From contig CAIMVG010000008.1 of NCBI GenBank assembly GCA_903844845.1, positions 85,664 through 149,663 on the forward strand: a DNA stretch of 64,000 nucleotides. Direction: 5' to 3'. Below are positions 17,606 to 27,893 of this stretch, in pieces; positions within the stretch are counted from its first letter, which is position 1, and each line of letters starts with the position of its first letter. Both the position numbers and the translations under genes were made by a program. This stretch comes from an uncultured Dehalococcoidia bacterium (GTDB lineage: Bacteria; Chloroflexota; Dehalococcoidia; Dehalococcoidales; UBA1222). Under the pieces are notes generated by a model. The model saw only the letters and a list, made by a program, of their open reading frames with translations. It did not search any database and was not told the DNA's origin.

Positions 17606-18307
17606 TCAATCTTCCCTTGATCCCTGTTTCTCTTTAACAGGGCCCTTGTTCACATCTATCCATATAAAAAACGCCAGGAATGTCCCTCCCCACAGGTAGC
17701 CGCCCAGTACATCGCTCGGCCAGTGCGCTCCCAGGTAGATACGCGAGGCCCCGACCAGGATGATAAAAAGAACGATAAAGGCGAACAATACCTCCCTGAA
17801 TATCTTCCTTTTCATGTAGGTCCATACAAAATACGCCATAAGCCCGAGGACCAGCATGGAATAGAAAGCGTGACCGCTCGGGAACCCGTTATTAGTCAGG
17901 GAAACCCAAACTTTCACCAGTGCTGACGTCGGCCGCGAAGCCCCGACCGCCATCTTCAGCAAGGGGTCGAGGAATGTCGCCATGCCGGCCGCCAGCGTCA
18001 TGATCGCAGGGGGCGTTCCCAGGCTCCGCCCCACGATGAGTGCACAAACAATGATAAAAACGATCGCCTCCCATCCCTGGGGCAGGAGCGTTACTTTTTC
18101 CATGAGCCAGAGAAAAGGGCTGCTGTTGAAGGATTGAAACCAGCGTGTCAGGCTCAAATCGCCCGGAAAGGGTGACAGCCAATGCGCAGCGACCGACAGG
18201 CAAACAGAAAGAAAACCCAGTAACCCGGAAACCAGAAGCCTCTCGCGGCCCTTTAGCCCTCCGCCGGCTTCCCGGTCATTTTCGCGCGCTGTTAATATTT
18301 TATCCAT
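17606..18307 (-). CDS. PAP2-family phosphatase (phosphatidic acid / undecaprenyl-PP phosphatase-like)
   Basis: SGHAFYS and [16 protein letters not shown] acid-phosphatase motifs. Multi-TM protein. Confidence 0.8.
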   Translation of the reverse strand: MDKILTARENDREAGGGLKGRERLLVSGLLGFLSVCLSVAAHWLSPFPGDLSLTRWFQSFNSSPFLWLMEKVTLLPQGWEAIVFIIVCALIVGRSLGTPPAIMTLAAGMATFLDPLLKMAVGASRPTSALVKVWVSLTNNGFPSGHAFYSMLVLGLMAYFVWTYMKRKIFREVLFAFIVLFIILVGASRIYLGAHWPSDVLGGYLWGGTFLAFFIWIDVNKGPVKEKQGSRED

Positions 18308-18390
18308 GATAGAGGCACGTTGGCGCTCACTTTCCCCGGCAATTCCGCAGCCGAAGCATAAAGCACGATGCTTGCTTGCGCAACTTTTCG

Positions 18391-18900
18391 TTAAAGAGAG
18401 CGCAAAGCTATTTTGGCCTGGAGCGGCGCTTCGAGTTCAGGCACCCCTTCTTGAAGCGCCTTAACGACGGGAGCGAGGACCGACTTCGCGGGTTCTTCGT
18501 CGATCTCGCTGAATACATGGTGTGCCCCTTCCCTCATGAACTGCGAATTATTGTTCTCGATAAGGGCCGTCAGCAAAGGTTTAACAGCTTCGTGTTCCCG
18601 GGCTATAAGCGCCTCTGCGGCGGCCCAGCGAACGCCGGAATCATCGTTGTCGAGCGCCCCGACGAGGGCTCGGACCGCCGCCGGTCCGCCGATTTTACCC
18701 AGGGCTTTGGCAGCGTGCATCGGAGCCATTTCTTTGCCGTGCTGAAGCGCCTCGATAAGCGGCAGGACGGCATCCTGCCCCCTGGTTTCAAGCGCCCTGC
18801 GGGCATTGAGGCATTTTATCCGGCTGTCGCAGTTGAGGTCCTCGATCAGGGAACCGATATCGCGTCCTTCGTAAGCAGTGCTCCCGGAAATTTCTGCCAT
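18391..18900 (-). CDS. HEAT-repeat protein (paralogue A)
   Basis: Repeats such as [36 protein letters not shown]. Start reset to MAEISGS (ATG 18900, SD GAAAGGAAAG), because the track start overlaps the upstream gene. Confidence 0.7.
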   Translation of the reverse strand: MAEISGSTAYEGRDIGSLIEDLNCDSRIKCLNARRALETRGQDAVLPLIEALQHGKEMAPMHAAKALGKIGGPAAVRALVGALDNDDSGVRWAAAEALIAREHEAVKPLLTALIENNNSQFMREGAHHVFSEIDEEPAKSVLAPVVKALQEGVPELEAPLQAKIALRSL

Positions 18901-18917
18901 ATTTTCTTTCCTTTCTT

Positions 18918-19700
18918 TCACTGTACTGTAACGCTTATATTTACCACGACGGGGGGACTCAGCGGCGTCTCGTCGTTGTTCACCAGTTCGATGGAAAACG
19001 TATGGACCCCCGCGGTAACTGCCTTCCACGTATAGCTTGTTTGCGATGAGGATACCAAAGCAGTGTCGGGCCCGGTAACCGGCTGCCCCGGGGTTATCGG
19101 AGCTTGAAGGTCCATAAAATAATCCAGATGGCCTTCGCGCGAGGCGTTCGGCTGCCCCGACGGCGCAACCAGGTTGAAATTAGACACCTGCGCTGTGATG
19201 GTGACATTTCCGGCACTGACTACGCCGCCGTTGCGGGGAGCCAGGATGACCGCCTGGGGAATCCCTATCTCCGGTATCACCAGTACCATCTCAATCGACA
19301 CGACGGGCGGATTGAGCGGCGTATCGTCGTTGTTGACCAGTTCAACAGAAAAAGTGTGGCTGCCGCCCCCGACGTTATGCCAGGTGCAAGAGAGGGCTGT
19401 GGAAGTCACCCAGGTCCCGGCCGCGGTAACCGCCGGCTTGCCAGATTCAGTGGGGGCGGTTACATCCATGAAATAATGCACGTGCCCTTCACCTTTGACA
19501 GCGGCCCGGCCCTGCTTGTCCACGACATTGAAGTTGGTAACGCCCACGTTTATAGTGAAATCCCCTATGGCGAACGCATTCGTTTGGGGCGACAGGATCT
19601 CAAGGTTCGGGGACGCGCGGTTGCAGCCTGAGGGCAAAGCCGTGAGCAAAATGAGTGCCGCAGAGAAAATGAAAAACGCCGTTTTGGAAAATTTAATCAT
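18918..19700 (-). CDS. lipoprotein with two tandem beta-rich domains (DUF4399-like GH-x-H/D-YFMD motif)
   Basis: Lipobox LTALPSGC. Internal duplication: EGHVHYFMDV...HTFSVELVNNDDTPL versus EGHLDYFMDL...HTFSIELVNNDETPL. Confidence 0.65.
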   Translation of the reverse strand: MIKFSKTAFFIFSAALILLTALPSGCNRASPNLEILSPQTNAFAIGDFTINVGVTNFNVVDKQGRAAVKGEGHVHYFMDVTAPTESGKPAVTAAGTWVTSTALSCTWHNVGGGSHTFSVELVNNDDTPLNPPVVSIEMVLVIPEIGIPQAVILAPRNGGVVSAGNVTITAQVSNFNLVAPSGQPNASREGHLDYFMDLQAPITPGQPVTGPDTALVSSSQTSYTWKAVTAGVHTFSIELVNNDETPLSPPVVVNISVTVQ

Positions 19701-19769
19701 TTCTTTCCTTTTTCAATCCGGCCTTCACCGGTGCCCGGCGCAGCATGTATTCGGTCCGGGCTTTTTCGG

Positions 19770-20015
19770 TCAGTCGGCCTTGCATTCTTTCATGAAAATA
19801 TCCGACGTGCTGATGTCGAAAACCAGCTTCTCTATCTCAACATCGTCGTGCGAACGGTCCACGTCTCGGTAAGAAAGCTGCAGCCTGCCGTTGGAGCAAC
19901 CCAGGACTTCGGCGCGTTCGATAGTCAGCAGGACGGCCTTTCCGCCGGCGTCTACGCCGTTTGTGAAGGTCACCGTCAGGATATCGCCTTTTTTGAAGGT
20001 CATCGGTTTAGACAT
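19770..20015 (-). CDS. small hypothetical protein (81 aa)
   Basis: ORF lying between the lipoprotein and HEAT genes on the same strand. No motif recognised. Confidence 0.45.
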   Translation of the reverse strand: MSKPMTFKKGDILTVTFTNGVDAGGKAVLLTIERAEVLGCSNGRLQLSYRDVDRSHDDVEIEKLVFDISTSDIFMKECKAD

Positions 20016-20042
20016 GTTTTTCTCCTTCTATGCTTGAGCAGT

Positions 20043-20573
20043 CTACACCCTCGCCATCTGGTTCTGTACTTCACGAGCGGCGGCGGGGATTTCAACATTG
20101 GGGATGGGCCCTTCGAGGGCCATCATCAGCGGTTTCAATAGTTCATAATACCCAAGCGAAGCCACGTGATGCAATACGTGGTGGGCGCCCCCGCGCAGTT
20201 TCAAGGACCCCGGGTTGAGCATGATAGCGGCGACCAGAGGCGCCAGACCGTCGTACCCGATAGACGAGAGAGCCTCTATGGCTTCAAAGCGCACGTCGAA
20301 ATCTTCGTCTGAGAGCAACTCGACAAGCGCGCCCGCGGTCGCGGGGCCTGCCATCTGCCTGAGCAGTTTTGCCATTTCGAGGCGGGCTGCCCCTTTTTCA
20401 ATCCGCACCGCCTCAAGGATCGCCGGTACTGCCGGGGACCCGATGGCGAGCAGTTGGGTCCTGGCTTCGTCCGCGCATGTCCCGGCGTCCGCGCAACTCA
20501 CCTGGGATATCAAACCGCTGATCCTCGCCTGCATGTCTTTCTCCTCACCTGGCTTATTTTTCTCAGCCGACAT
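20043..20573 (-). CDS. HEAT-repeat protein (paralogue B)
   Basis: LVELLSDEDFDVRFEAIEAL and RGGAHHVLHHV are colinear with paralogue A. Start set at MSAEKNK with GGGAGG SD. Confidence 0.7.
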   Translation of the reverse strand: MSAEKNKPGEEKDMQARISGLISQVSCADAGTCADEARTQLLAIGSPAVPAILEAVRIEKGAARLEMAKLLRQMAGPATAGALVELLSDEDFDVRFEAIEALSSIGYDGLAPLVAAIMLNPGSLKLRGGAHHVLHHVASLGYYELLKPLMMALEGPIPNVEIPAAAREVQNQMARV

Positions 20574-20942
20574 TTTACCTCCCGCTCTTCCACAGAGATA
20601 ATAGTTATACCTATCCGGCTCCAATCATAATTCAGGCATGTTAAGTAATCATAAAATACCCGCCGTATTTGTTAAATATATATATCAAACGAAGGATAAT
20701 CCGTTTTCAAACGCTCCCCCGCGTTATATTATATATCCCGGATCCCGCGTTGATAACACCGGAGCCGGGATGATACTTTTGGGTCATCCGGATGACCCTC
20801 GAACACTTGTGGGTGCCGGGGCGCCAATGATAGCGTCATCATAGCATCATCCCGGACGGTGACTCCGGACTTCCGTTTTACAGGCTGGTGAAACCGGGAT
20901 AAAGAATCGCATTCAAGGATTTGTTAAGCGCAGGAGAGATCG

Positions 20943-23405
20943 ATGAACCCGGGACAAATGAATCTTCCATTCAAGGATGATGCTTCTTCGCGTTCGGCGA
21001 ATCTGCTTTGCAAGCTGATCCTGGTGGAACTGGCGCTCTTTTTGACAGTCGGGGTACTGAGTATTTTCTGGAAAGACTGGAAAACAGTATCCCTGCTTAC
21101 TTTCGCTACTTTAATACAGATCGTCCCGTTCTTGCTTCTCAAGCACGGCCGTCTCCGTACGAGCGCACTGGTCTTTATGCTCATCAATGTCGCAGTTACG
21201 ACGAGCATCGCGATGATAGGACAGGGCATCTACGACCTGGGTATCATGGCCCTCCCGGTTATTTTTGTATTTACAGGCCTGACTTTAAACCGCAGGTTCC
21301 TCTGGTTATGCGTCGGGTTAGCCCTGACCGCGGCCTGCTGGCTCGTCCTCGGCCAAAACCTCGATTGGCTGCCGCTTCGACCGTTGCCCGATGACCCGTC
21401 GCACATCCTTTACCTGGCCGGGGTCATATCCATGCTCCTTGTGGCGGCGTTCGCCGTCGACATGCTGACTGCGAATGCACGCCGGAACCTCGAACAGGCG
21501 CAGGTTGAGATATCCCAGCGAAACAAAATTGAAGCGGAACTCCGTTTGAGCGAAGAGAAATTCCGTAACCTTTTCAATAACGCGGAAGTGGGCATGATTC
21601 GGACCAGGATGAGTGATTCCAGGATATTGGATATCAATCAGCGTGCGGCCGAGATTTTTGGAATAAACCCGGAGGACGCACTGAAAACAGGCGGGATGGA
21701 CTTTTGGGCTGATCCCGATAAAAGGAAGGAAGCGGTCGACACGCTTAAATCTCAAGGCTTTATAAAAGATTTCGAAAACCAGGTCCTATCCAAACAGGGG
21801 CAGAAAAAAGATTGCCTGACTTCCTGGAAGGTTTATCCTGAACTTGGAATCATCGAAGGGTCGATAGTAGATATAACCGATCGAAAACGGGCTGAAGAAA
21901 TATTGCGGAAATCCGAGGATAAATTTAGCAAAACTTTCCAGAGCAGTCCGATCATGATGACGATAGCAACCTCAGATGGTAAGTATATCGATGTTAATAA
22001 AGCTTTTCTCTGTGAAATCGGGCTCCGGCGCGAAGAAGTTATTGGAAGAACCTCAATGGACCTCGGTTTCTGGCCACCGGAAATAAGACACCGTGAAATG
22101 TCCAGGTTATTTTCCGACGGACACATTAGTAACGCCCAGGTGCGGGTGAAACTGCCCTCAGGAGAAACCCGCGACGTGCTTTTCTCAAGCGAACCGATTG
22201 AGCTCGACAACCAAACATGCAGTTTAAATCAAATAATAGACGTCACTGAACAAAAAAAGATAGAGCAAGAAAACGCCAGGCTGAGGGACAAGGAGGAAAT
22301 GGTCAACCGCCTGGCAACCATGGGCGAGATGGCCGCTGGGATAGCCCACGAAATAAATAACCCGCTTACTGCTGTTCTGGGTTTCGCTGAATTGCTGTCC
22401 CTCAGGGACGACCTTCCGGATGAAGTTCATCAGGATGTTATGTTGATAGCCCAGAACAGCCAGCGTACCGGTGAGATCGTGAGGCGCATGCTGGCTTTTG
22501 CCGGGCAAAGCATACCGAAAAGGATATCCTGTGACATCAATGAAATCATCCTTTCAACGCTGGAATTACGCAAGTACGTCCACAAAACGGCCAACATACA
22601 TACGTTTAACTTTCTGGCTCCCGGCCTGCCCCGTATCGTCTGCGATCCAGGCCAGTTGCAGCAGGTCTTTTTAAACATCGTCATCAATGCGGAGTACAGT
22701 GTGAAAAAAGCCCATGACGGGGGCACTATCACGATCACTACAGCGATAACGGACAACTCGATAAGGATCACCTTCGAAGATGACGGACTCGGCATGAATG
22801 CCGAGACACGGGAGAAGATCTTCAATCCTTTCTTCACGACCAAGGGGGTCGGGCAGGGCACGGGGCTCGGACTGAGCTTATCGCACACGATTGTCCTGGC
22901 GCACGGGGGGAATATCGAAGTTGCCAGCGAGCCCGGAAAGGGAGCGGCGTTTACCGTCATCCTTCCGATCACGTCAAACCCCGAGGTGAAAGCAGCAGGG
23001 CCTCAAAATGGTGCGCCGAAACAAAAAATCGGCAGCGCCGGCCGGATCCTGGTCGTCGACGATGAAGAAGATATTAGGACAGTCCTCAAACGCATACTTT
23101 CCGATCAGGGCCTGGAAACAGACGTCGCATCTACCGGGCAAGAAGCCCTGGGTATGATTGCGAAGAACAAATATTCGCTTGTGCTGGTAGATATCCGCAT
23201 GCCCGGCATGAGCGGGATAGAGTTGTTCTCCAAACTGACGGAACGGGGATTGCCCGCCGAAAAGCTGCTGTATATCACGGGCGATGTCCTGGACGCCAAC
23301 GCCCTCGAATTCCTGGATAGCAATAACCTTCCGTATCTGAAGAAACCCTTTCAAACGGACGAGTTGTTAAAACAGATTGAAACGGTTTTATCGATACATC
23401 GATAA
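20943..23405 (+). CDS. membrane-bound PAS-domain hybrid sensor histidine kinase / response regulator
   Basis: N-terminal TM block, two PAS regions, H-box HEINNPLTAV, G-boxes DDGLGM and GTGLGLS. C-terminal receiver domain (VVDDEEDI ... LVLVDIRMPGMSG). Confidence 0.9.
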   Translation: MNPGQMNLPFKDDASSRSANLLCKLILVELALFLTVGVLSIFWKDWKTVSLLTFATLIQIVPFLLLKHGRLRTSALVFMLINVAVTTSIAMIGQGIYDLGIMALPVIFVFTGLTLNRRFLWLCVGLALTAACWLVLGQNLDWLPLRPLPDDPSHILYLAGVISMLLVAAFAVDMLTANARRNLEQAQVEISQRNKIEAELRLSEEKFRNLFNNAEVGMIRTRMSDSRILDINQRAAEIFGINPEDALKTGGMDFWADPDKRKEAVDTLKSQGFIKDFENQVLSKQGQKKDCLTSWKVYPELGIIEGSIVDITDRKRAEEILRKSEDKFSKTFQSSPIMMTIATSDGKYIDVNKAFLCEIGLRREEVIGRTSMDLGFWPPEIRHREMSRLFSDGHISNAQVRVKLPSGETRDVLFSSEPIELDNQTCSLNQIIDVTEQKKIEQENARLRDKEEMVNRLATMGEMAAGIAHEINNPLTAVLGFAELLSLRDDLPDEVHQDVMLIAQNSQRTGEIVRRMLAFAGQSIPKRISCDINEIILSTLELRKYVHKTANIHTFNFLAPGLPRIVCDPGQLQQVFLNIVINAEYSVKKAHDGGTITITTAITDNSIRITFEDDGLGMNAETREKIFNPFFTTKGVGQGTGLGLSLSHTIVLAHGGNIEVASEPGKGAAFTVILPITSNPEVKAAGPQNGAPKQKIGSAGRILVVDDEEDIRTVLKRILSDQGLETDVASTGQEALGMIAKNKYSLVLVDIRMPGMSGIELFSKLTERGLPAEKLLYITGDVLDANALEFLDSNNLPYLKKPFQTDELLKQIETVLSIHR

Positions 23406-23431
23406 ACGCTGCCAGGTGGATCCCCGGCCTG

Positions 23432-25963
23432 TTAAAGCGTCCTGTCCTTCGATTTCTTGCTCAATTCCTTGAACAGTGAAGAAGGCCACCAGCCCCAGCG
23501 CCCTAACATAGTCGCCAGCGCCGGGACCAGCAGGGCGCGGACCAGGAATGTATCGATGATGATTCCGATGGCAATGGCGGAGCCTATCTGAAAGACCACG
23601 CCCAGCGAAGATGTCATCAGGGTGGCGAAAGTGCCCGCCAGGATTATGCCGCACGCGGTTATCACCCCGCCGGTTCCCCCCACCGCTATCTCGACTGCTT
23701 CTTTCATCGGCCTTCTGTGAGCTTCTTCACGTATGCGTGACATGAGGAATATGTTGTAGTCTGCACCCAGGGCTATCAGGATAACGAACACGAATAACGG
23801 GATCATGTAGATTATGCTGTCTTTCTTCATGACGTCGATAAAAAGCCAGGTGGCTATGCCTAAAGTACACCCGTAATTGAACAGCACGGTAAGCACCATA
23901 TACAGCGGAGCCAATAAACTTCGCATCAGCAACATGATAACCAGGAAGACCCCGATCACAGCGAGCACGGTCACCTTGCCGAAGTCGGCATTGTTGATAT
24001 TCAGGATGTCGGCCCGAATGGCCGCCTCGCCGCCCAGGTAAGGCACCGCCCGGCTGATGGCGGATGACTCGAGGCTGCCCGCCGCGGCCTGCCTCAGCAG
24101 CGCAACCGTCCCGGTGGCTGACGAGGCATACGGGTTGCCGGAAAGCACCACGTTGAGCTTCGTTACGTCATTTCCTGTGGAAAAGTAAGTCGAAAGAAGG
24201 GAGGCGGTGAAAGCGCCGCTGCCGGTCAGGTTGAATTCCCCGGCCAGGCCCGTCAGGCTTCCGGACAGCGCCGCCAGTTCGGTCTGAAGCTGGGCCATGA
24301 CCGCAGGAACGTTCGCGGCCGGCGTGGCCGGCAAAGCAGACAAGGCCGCCTGGAACTGCTGTAAAACCCCGGCTGCCGCCAGGAAATTCTGGCTCTGCAC
24401 GATACCCTGATACTGCAGCGGCAGGGACTGCAAAGTGCCTCCCAGGGACTGTAATACCGCCTGGGCAGTCGAGTCCGGCAATGTCCCCTGCGCCATCTTC
24501 GCAGAGATCCCGTCGAGCTGCAGGGCCAGCGTATTCAAACCGCCGGCGGGCGCACCGTAATAGTCCACCCTCGACACGCCCGGCACCGCCGCCAGGGCGG
24601 AGGCCAGGTCTTTGACCGCCGCCAGGTTGGACTGGCTGTAAACCGAGCCCGAAGGCAACTGCACCATCATGTACAGGGGCGAAAACTCTCCCCCGGGGAA
24701 ATGTTCGGTAAATATATTGAATCCGGCCACCGATTCTGCCTTGTCCGGCATCTGGCTGGCTATGCCGGCTGAAAGTTTCATCTGGTGTATCGCCAGGTAC
24801 GGCACCGCCAGCAACACGAGGATGGGTGCGGCCACAAATACGGGATGAGCGGATATCCACCTGCCCAGGACGTGCCATCCGAAGCGACCCGGGGGCCGGG
24901 CAGCCTTATTCGAGATCGGCCAGAAAGTATACTTCCCGAAGATGGAGATGAGCGCCGGAGTGAGGGTCAGTCCTGCCACGAGGGTCACGGCCACCCCTAC
25001 GGCCATGGCGTAACCCGTGGTCTGGTTCATGCCGAAGCTCGAGGTGCCCAAAGCGAGGAAAGCGACCACCACCGTCACCGCGCTGGCGGCGATGACCGGA
25101 CCGATATGCCGGAGGGTAACCTGCTGCGCCCGCGCGCGCTCGGTTTTAAGCAGTTCCTCCCGGTAACGGGACACGATGAAGAGGCAATAATCCGTACCCA
25201 CGCCGAAGATGATGACCACGAGGTATGCTTCTGCCAGGGTGAAGACCTTCATCCCGGCCTGGGCCATGTAGCCCAGGATGCCGATAGAAACCAGGTAGCT
25301 GCACCCGATAGTTATCAGGGGCAGCAGAACGGCAACCGGGGAGCGATAGATGATAAGAAGCAGAATGGTAACGAGGATGAGTGTAACCAGCGTGGTGCGG
25401 TTTATAGTGTCCTGCACCGAGCCGAACATGTCGTTTAAAAGGCCGGCGTCACCTGAAAAATAGATCTTCGACCCGTCGAAATTGTCATGGATATACGCCC
25501 TTATGTCGGTTATGGCCTGTTTAGACGCCGGGTCGAGGGCCGTTACCGAGAAATCCAGTGACATTATCATGGTGGTGCCGTCGGAACTGACGAGGGTGGA
25601 ACGCAGGGCATCGGATTTGAAAATGGAGACCACGGAAGTGATTATGGGAGGGGCCGAATCCGACGTCAGCCAGCCGTTCAACTGCTGTGCCTGCAGCATA
25701 TCGGCGTCCGAAAGGCCGTCGCTGTTGTAGAACACGATGAGCCCGCTGGAAGGGGAGGTTTCCGCGGAGGACGCAAACTTTTCTTTCAGGATGGCGGTGG
25801 CGGCCGCCGATTCGGTATCCTGGGGCAGGAACTGGGTCTGGTCGGTTACTCCCACTTTCGACAATTTCGGGGCCGCCAGGAGAAGTGTGACGGTCAGCAC
25901 CGTCCAGAAAAGCGCCACCCACCATTTATACCTGTTGGTGAACCGGGATAAAAAATCGAACAT
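23432..25963 (-). CDS. MMPL-family (RND superfamily) transporter
   Basis: 843 aa with two 6-TM blocks, each followed by a large extracytoplasmic domain. GTDYCLF and GADYNIF motifs. Confidence 0.9.
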   Translation of the reverse strand: MFDFLSRFTNRYKWWVALFWTVLTVTLLLAAPKLSKVGVTDQTQFLPQDTESAAATAILKEKFASSAETSPSSGLIVFYNSDGLSDADMLQAQQLNGWLTSDSAPPIITSVVSIFKSDALRSTLVSSDGTTMIMSLDFSVTALDPASKQAITDIRAYIHDNFDGSKIYFSGDAGLLNDMFGSVQDTINRTTLVTLILVTILLLIIYRSPVAVLLPLITIGCSYLVSIGILGYMAQAGMKVFTLAEAYLVVIIFGVGTDYCLFIVSRYREELLKTERARAQQVTLRHIGPVIAASAVTVVVAFLALGTSSFGMNQTTGYAMAVGVAVTLVAGLTLTPALISIFGKYTFWPISNKAARPPGRFGWHVLGRWISAHPVFVAAPILVLLAVPYLAIHQMKLSAGIASQMPDKAESVAGFNIFTEHFPGGEFSPLYMMVQLPSGSVYSQSNLAAVKDLASALAAVPGVSRVDYYGAPAGGLNTLALQLDGISAKMAQGTLPDSTAQAVLQSLGGTLQSLPLQYQGIVQSQNFLAAAGVLQQFQAALSALPATPAANVPAVMAQLQTELAALSGSLTGLAGEFNLTGSGAFTASLLSTYFSTGNDVTKLNVVLSGNPYASSATGTVALLRQAAAGSLESSAISRAVPYLGGEAAIRADILNINNADFGKVTVLAVIGVFLVIMLLMRSLLAPLYMVLTVLFNYGCTLGIATWLFIDVMKKDSIIYMIPLFVFVILIALGADYNIFLMSRIREEAHRRPMKEAVEIAVGGTGGVITACGIILAGTFATLMTSSLGVVFQIGSAIAIGIIIDTFLVRALLVPALATMLGRWGWWPSSLFKELSKKSKDRTL

Positions 25964-25969
25964 GCTGCC

Positions 25970-26461
25970 CTATCTTTCTGCGTCAATCCGGTTGTTGGAA
26001 GCGAGGTTGGCATATAAAAACTCAACCACATGAACCGCCTGGCGCAATTGCTCTTCGGTCAAACCGGTTAAAAGCCTCTCGACCTGGGCCCGCCCGAAAT
26101 CCCAGAGGTCGCTGCTCAGTTTGTTCCCTTTGTCGGAAAGCCTGCAGATAACCAGGCGCCTGTCTTCGGGGTCGTCCTCGCGCATGACCATGGTTTTGGC
26201 GACCAGCTTGTCAACGAGGCCCGTGGCCGTGGAGATGGCGATGCCAAGGTGTGTGGCGACGGCACTCATGCGCATGGGGCCTTCGGTGTGTAAAAGCAGG
26301 AGTACCCTGAGCTGGGCGACGGTCAGGTCGGACGACAGCCACATGGAAAGCCGTTCATGCGGGATACCGGGCTCCAGCGACCTGTATATCTTGTCTGAGA
26401 GTCCAAGAAGGCGCAGGGTCAATTCCTGCGATGCGGGACCGGGATTCTCGTGCTTTTTCAT
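25970..26461 (-). CDS. MarR-family transcriptional regulator
   Basis: Winged-HTH LTVAQLRVLLLLHTEGPMRMSAVATHLGIAISTATGLVDKLV. Lies immediately upstream of the MMPL gene. Confidence 0.85.
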   Translation of the reverse strand: MKKHENPGPASQELTLRLLGLSDKIYRSLEPGIPHERLSMWLSSDLTVAQLRVLLLLHTEGPMRMSAVATHLGIAISTATGLVDKLVAKTMVMREDDPEDRRLVICRLSDKGNKLSSDLWDFGRAQVERLLTGLTEEQLRQAVHVVEFLYANLASNNRIDAER

Positions 26462-26707
26462 TTTACTTCGCCTATTTAATATAGTTCGGTATCACCTAAC
26501 TAATTTAGGCGGTTTTACAGGCATTGTCAATGTCGCAACGACTGCTGCCCGGTCAGCGATTCGAGGCGGCATATACCTTGGGGTGGGACTGAAGACTTAA
26601 AAAGAGGACATAAAAAAGGAGTTATCCAAGGCTATTATGTATGCTGAAGTAGTTCGCCGGTTTTACGTGCCGGAAATACAAGGATAGATACGCCCCCTGT
26701 TGCTCGG

Positions 26708-27343
26708 CTAATGCACCAGGTTTGAAAGCAATTTGAACCGTTCCTGGCTCGGCGTAACAAGTTTTTCCTTTGCCGGAAAGGACTTGTCGAACGCCTCCAC
26801 TGCCTCGGGGTCCGCCTCGAAGACAGCGCTTTCAATGAAACGGCCGCCGATACCCTGCAGGGCCCCGTCCGTCAACTCCAAAGCCAGCAATGCCGCCGCA
26901 TACTTGCCCGCGGATGTTTTGAAATGGTATTTTTCCGCAGCCTGAAATCCAAAACGGCTGTAATACCGTGGGTTGCCGTAGATGCAAACGGCCGTGCAGC
27001 TTTTCCTTTTTGCGGCTACAAGCGAATGCCTGATAAGGGCACTCCCGACGCCTTGCTTCTGCATGGCCGGAAGAACGCCGACCGGGCCGAAGGTTATGAC
27101 AGGGTGCTTTACTCCCAGCTCATCACTTATGTGAGAGGTGCTGTAAACGATGTTCCCGACCAAATGCCCGTCGGAGACAGCTACAAAATCGAGTCCCGGG
27201 ATGAAATCGGCGCTTTCTCTGAGTTGATGCAGGATATAGTGCTCGCAGCAGCCGGGAACATGCACGTTCCAGAAGGCTTCTCGCGTCAATTCCTCGACAG
27301 CGCGGTGATCTTTTGGATCCTCAAGCCTGATATCCAGGTTCAT
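26708..27343 (-). CDS. GNAT-family N-acetyltransferase (YhbS-like)
   Basis: PAMQKQGVGSALI acetyl-CoA binding motif. 211 aa. Confidence 0.75.
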   Translation of the reverse strand: MNLDIRLEDPKDHRAVEELTREAFWNVHVPGCCEHYILHQLRESADFIPGLDFVAVSDGHLVGNIVYSTSHISDELGVKHPVITFGPVGVLPAMQKQGVGSALIRHSLVAAKRKSCTAVCIYGNPRYYSRFGFQAAEKYHFKTSAGKYAAALLALELTDGALQGIGGRFIESAVFEADPEAVEAFDKSFPAKEKLVTPSQERFKLLSNLVH

Positions 27344-27377
27344 ACTTCGCCCCCCGGTCTGCGCGACAAAGCCCGCG

Positions 27378-27893
27378 TCAGTCCTTCGCGAACCTTTTCA
27401 CATGTTCCGCCAGGAATTCTGCCACTTCGACAGTCTCGTAAGGCCAGGCGTAAACGAATCTTACTTTGGGGTGTTTTCTGCGTGCTTTTTCAACCGCTTG
27501 AAGGATGTCTTTTTCGGAGTGCTCCCCTCCCCTGGTCATCATGGGAGTAACGACCACCACCCTCTCCGCCCCGGACTCAGCAGCCTGTTGGAACGCCTGA
27601 TCGAGCGTGGGGGCGCAGAATTCGTTGAAACCGACCATCACTTTTTGCCCCGAGGCTTTCTCAAGGGCTTCCGCGATTTCCTGCGACGAGGCGTGGAAGG
27701 GGTCGTTGGCGGGTGTGCGCGGCCATTCCCTCACCTGCTTCTCGAGTTCCTCATAACGGCTTTCAAGGGCAGGGCTGTGCGAGACGGCCGAATGCTCCAT
27801 CCTGGAGTGCAGGGACATGAATTCCCCCAACTCCGCCCGCGGGAAATCGCGGGGCGGCGCACCGTGCATGGCCAGAACGATCACGTTTTTCAT
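27378..27893 (-). CDS. cbiX: CbiX/SirB-type sirohydrochlorin chelatase (small form)
   Basis: VLAMHGAPPRDFP N-terminus and VVVVTPMMTRGGEHSEKDI resemble short CbiX. Metal specificity cannot be told from sequence. Confidence 0.65.
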   Translation of the reverse strand: MKNVIVLAMHGAPPRDFPRAELGEFMSLHSRMEHSAVSHSPALESRYEELEKQVREWPRTPANDPFHASSQEIAEALEKASGQKVMVGFNEFCAPTLDQAFQQAAESGAERVVVVTPMMTRGGEHSEKDILQAVEKARRKHPKVRFVYAWPYETVEVAEFLAEHVKRFAKD

